From: the human T2T-CHM13v2.0 reference genome, Homo sapiens
NCBI GenBank assembly: GCA_009914755.4
Contig: CP068257.2
Location: 34,976,001 to 35,040,000, forward strand
Reading direction: 5' to 3'
DNA: 64,000 nucleotides
Shown: piece after piece, positions 58,415 to 64,000 of the stretch
Layout: every line of letters begins with the position of its first letter
Position numbering within the stretch: position 1 is the first letter of the stretch
The notes under the pieces: model-generated
What the model was told of the DNA's origin: nothing
The model's input: the letters and a program-made list of their open reading frames with translations, nothing else
Database searches by the model: none
Position numbers and translations under genes: made by a program

Positions 58415-61400
58415 TAAAGGGGACAAACATCCAAACTATAGCAGCTCCCCACTAGAAACCTCCCAGAGTGATGAATATCAGTAATGCCCTACCATCTCCC
58501 CCAGGCTCCCACCCCTTCCCCCACGCCAAGGTCTAGCCCAAGAGCAAACCATGGGTTCTGTGTCTGCACCAGCAGGCGCATGGGGTCCTGTGGTGTGCCT
58601 CGGCCCGAGTTCACACACAAGTGGACCTCTTCTCCTTGGCACAAACACAGAATTAAGTTTGCCTCTCAGAGACCACAGTCCAGAGGTACCCCAATGTCAG
58701 AATCAGATTCCACTACCCACTTCCCTGGGGAGAGGTGAGCTTTAGACTCTGCCTGTCTAGACCCCAGATAGATCGTGGGGGACCTCTAGGGTACCTGTCC
58801 AGGAAACGTTAGGAAGTTAGATGAAGTAGAGGAGAAAATGGGCCCAACAGTGATTATGAGGACTGACAGGTCTTTGGGCCAAAGCGTTTGATACTTGGAT
58901 GGAACCATGTGGGTACACTGAGGACACTTCCTTCTGTTGGCCTTTGTCACCCAGTCCTCTCTTCTTAGGATTTCCCGGTCTTCTCTTTTCCAATAACGTC
59001 CCCCTTTCCTGGCTTTGTTTTTCCCTCCAAAGCTTTATCTCTCCCCATACTGATCTGAATCTACAAGTGAGACTCATGGACATTTCTCCTCCACCTTATC
59101 TGCTGCTGAAGCCCTGCATCCACCCCCCACGCACACACCTGACAACCGGCAGAGGTAGACGTCTTTGTTTGTCAGTTATTGGAGACCAATGGCATTTTAA
59201 AAGGTTATTTCTCTTACAGGAAACTGTGTAGCCCAGGGACAGTCACCTTGTGAGCTTCTTTATTCATGAACCCTCACTCTTCCTCCAGGATTGATGGGTG
59301 ACAGCTCCTTGCTCTGGGCCTTTCTTATATATATTTACAGTAGTCTCTGAAGTACATCTTTAATCAAAGGGGCCATGACTCATTGACACATCTTTGGAAT
59401 ATTACTGAGTAACTCATTAAAATGTTAATAGCTTCTGTCTGGATGTATTGATCTTGATGTCAACTATTCTTGGAATAATAAATAAAGTTGATTTTTAAAA
59501 TTTTATCTTTCAACCATGCTGAGTGATAAGTGAGCCAAGGAGTGTCTGAAAGAAAATAAGTCACCTTGGAAGCCCCCGATGGAACAGAATCAAATAGAGA
59601 GGGTCCTATCCAGCTCTGTGATGACAAATGTTATGGCAGACAGAGTTAAGCTCAAACTCACTACAGAACAGGGGAAAACACCCAAAATCCACGGACCATG
59701 TTTTTTTTCCCCCAGGATGTTTCTAAGTAAATAAATCAACAATGGCAACTTTGAATCAATAATTTGTAAATATCTCTGGATGTCTCCAAGTGCTTTCAGC
59801 GGTGGGAGCATGAGTAACACCAGATTTCAAGGAACCAGCATCCCAGGAGCCATCTTTGGTTTTCTAAGACTAACATCCAAGATGGGCTTCCTCCGGCTTT
59901 CAGCCACCTGCGCCCTGCCTGCTGGCTTCTGCTAAGCTCCCCTTTCTACCTTTCTGGTCCTTGAAGACGTCAAGCCCACACCTAACTGGCCTTCTGCCCT
60001 TGATGGTCCCTCCATTGGTCTCTATCAAGGGCCTTCTGCCCTTGATGTTCTGCCTGGAGGGCTCTTTCAGCCTCAGCTGTCCATGCCGCTGCTGGAGAGG
60101 GTTCCTGAACTTCCCATCCTGAAACTGCCGCCACCCGCCCCCAACCTAGCCCTCCCCAGCCTGGGCCTGCTGGGTGTTTAAATCATCAGTGTGGTTTGTC
60201 TACCTGCATTTTCATGGCTCCTTCCAGAAGGACTTGTAGGGACTGTGTGTTTACCTTCTCCTATCTTACTCCTGGGTCCATGTGGGCACACAGTAGGCAT
60301 TCAATAACTGTTGGTTGAATAAATGAATGGAAAGTCCCCTAAAATGAGGAAGAGATCTTGGGATGCCCAGAGGGATGAAGCTGAAAAAGTCTCTAACAAG
60401 AAAAGCAGGGGATAGGCTGGAAAGGGACTGCTGCTGAAAACCCGTTAAGAAATGTTTCCACTCCCAGGACAGGGAGGAGGAAGCAATTTAGTTGGAACGT
60501 GCATCTAGGCCTCCCATTACTCCCTGGAGCTCCATCACGGGAAAAATCCTTTACATGGATCCGTGACTCTGGGCCTGAGTGCCACGGTTTCAGGACGCGG
60601 TCAAGCCCTAAGTCAACGTTTCCAGAACAAACACCCGCGACCAGAAGCGGCAAGGGCCGCCAACACACCACATCACTCTCCCGGCCAGGGCCAAGTCCTG
60701 GTAGGAACATGATTATCATTCCTGACGATCTGCCGTGCCGGGCTGGCTGCTCTGATACCCGTCAATGGGCTCATTCAGCCAGGGCCCGGTTTTGCATATT
60801 ATTCTTAATAAACATTCATAGCCCAAGCCATAATGGCTCTTTCAAGGCTCCTGCTTTGAATGCGTGGTAACAACAGAGTGCCTTTGTGTACTTACATGTA
60901 AAAATACACTGGCCACCCTGTTGATACGCAGCATATATATTTATAAATATTTATCACCAAGTCATGGCTGACATTTTCAAAATGCTGCTTTTGAAGTAGA
61001 CCTCGTTTTTCTGTCTCCCAAGCTGAGAGGCCAGACGAGGTTAATTAATCCAATTTTGCCTAATAATGTGCAGTGTAATGATCTCCATGCCTTGGTTTAT
61101 TTGTCAAGGGGGAGGGGGCTCCACGGAAAGGCCTCAGTGACTCCAAAAGGAGGGATTTCCCGACTGCTGCCTTGATCTACAGCCAGCCTGGGGTGATGGA
61201 GACGTGCCCGCAGCACCTTCTGGGGAAGCAAGAAAGAGAAGAAGCTGGTAGAGAAAGAGATCCAGGGTCTGGACTTGGTTCACCCCAGGGGTGGGGGTAA
61301 AGCTGCGGAAGGAACTTCTCTCCCAATTCCATCCCCTCTCCCTGCCCAAGCTCCTGGGAGACACTCTGATTACTGGGAAATAACATTCCAAACTCACGCC

Positions 61401-61936
61401 GATGGACTGGACAGGAACTCCTTGCCCTCCATGCTGTGGTCGATAGGGAAGCACTTGAACCAGGATCTGGGGCAAGGCAAGTGTTGGATCTGATCAAGAC
61501 TGGCCAGCAGAAAGACCTGGTCTTGAAGCAGTGAAGAAGTCCATGATGCCAATGGTTTGGCTTCTCTCATTAGGTTGCTTTCACAAACCACCATGCGCTG
61601 AAGACTCCTTGGCAAACCTGATTCCTCTTGATTATCCCAACAAGGGCCTCCTGTTTTGTGCATTTTGACTCGTATTCAGACTCGTCTTCTAGCTCTTAAA
61701 GATGGGAGGCCTCTGCAACAGAACAATGCTTGGAAAGGGGATCTTTAAGCGTACCTAAACTCCCTGAGCTCTGACTCCCCCGTTTGGCTCTGCTCAACTC
61801 CAGTTTGGGTGTCAGCTTTGCACTGCTGTGGCTCTCAGTGTCCTGGGAATCCTGTTTACCAGTTCCCATTCTCCATCCACAGGTGGGCTCCCAGGTCAAG
61901 AGCAGATCTCACAGACCACTGCTCAAAGCTTATCCT

Positions 61937-62160
61937 GGCCAGGTGCAGTGACTCATGCCTCTAACTCCAGTGCTTTGGGAGGTCAAAGTGTGGGGATCAT
62001 GAGGCCAGGAGTTCAAGACCAGCCTGGGCAGTGTAAGAAGACCTGTCTCTGCAAAATGTATCCATGGATTATGGCTCACACCTGTAGTCTCAGTTACTCC
62101 AGAGGCTGAGGCAGGACTGTTTGAGCCCAGAAATTCAAGGCTGCATTGAGCTATGATTCC
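61937..62160 (+). mobile_element. Old, diverged Alu/FLAM-type SINE fragment
   Basis: ggccaggtgcagtgactcatgcctctaactccagtgctttgggaggtcaaagtgtggggatcatgaggccaggagttcaagaccagcctgggcagtgtaagaagacctgtctc.. Confidence 0.75.
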
Positions 62161-62839
62161 CTTATCACCTCCTCAACCCTGGATTTGTCACTGTCCAGCT
62201 CTGTGGGGCCAGGTTTTCCATCCTATGCTTCCCTCCACCCCACACTCACCTTCACCCTCTTGTCTCTTTATTAAGCAAAACTGGGCTGCCAAATCCCAAC
62301 ACGTTTGTCCCTTTTAACATTCTTCAAACAAAACCTAAGCAGCAAAATTAATTTACTTAAAAAAAAAAATCAGGTGCCAGCGAGAGCCAGTTTAGATTTT
62401 AAGCCACTTTTTATTTGGCTCACCTGCATGCCACGGAAGCCCGTCAGCACCTGGTGCTCACTGACATGGTGTTTGAGTCACAGTTGTGTTACTCAATACA
62501 CCCCTGTTGAGTGGATCAGCACCCAAGTGGGCATTCACTGTGCCCCACATTCACTTCCTCATACCATACGGCCAGAAACGCAGGGAAAAAAAAATCCCAG
62601 CTTTGCTTCCTAAAACCTGCGTGACCTTGGGCAAGTTACCTAACCTGTCTAAGCCATAATCTCTTCAACTATAAAACAGGGCTGATAAACTTACTCCACA
62701 GGGCAGGGGTGAGTACCCAATAAGACAATTTGAGAAAGCATCTAGCACGTGGCCAGGCCATAATACGTTCTCAACAAATCTCTATTGAATCAGTGACCAA
62801 TGAAATGGCATTCTAGAAATGCATTTATTTCTGCTATTT

Positions 62840-64000
<1,161 letters not shown>

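Overview
This window is human or other catarrhine genomic DNA, not a prokaryotic or viral locus. The evidence is about 35 Alu SINEs in both orientations, a full-length L1PA LINE with target-site duplications, older L1 fragments, MIR elements, ERVL-MaLR solo LTRs (MST-type and MLT1-type), three copies of a MER33-like hAT non-autonomous DNA transposon, and many microsatellites. Roughly 35-40% of the window is recognisable interspersed repeat. I find no bacterial-type operon, CRISPR array, rRNA or tRNA gene, and no convincing host protein-coding exon. Almost all ORFs in the supplied track fall inside Alu, L1 or LTR sequence or inside GC-rich low-complexity DNA and are spurious. The only real coding sequence is the decayed ORF1/ORF2 of the L1 at 22.7-28.8 kb. 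The most interesting material is a set of unique, non-repetitive, AT-moderate blocks that retain roughly twice the background CpG density and are dense in homeobox-like TAAT/ATTA motifs. This signature fits conserved non-coding elements in a developmental-gene regulatory landscape or gene desert, but that is an inference that needs cross-species alignment. Other points: an about 210 bp segment is duplicated 3.2 kb apart. There is a 55 bp perfect-ish tandem duplication. A severely 5'-truncated, consensus-perfect AluY fragment with a target-site duplication may be a polymorphic insertion. Several nested insertions (Alu inside LTR, Alu inside L1) give relative insertion ages. Repeat coordinates are approximate (about +/-5 bp) because they were read by eye against remembered consensus sequences.
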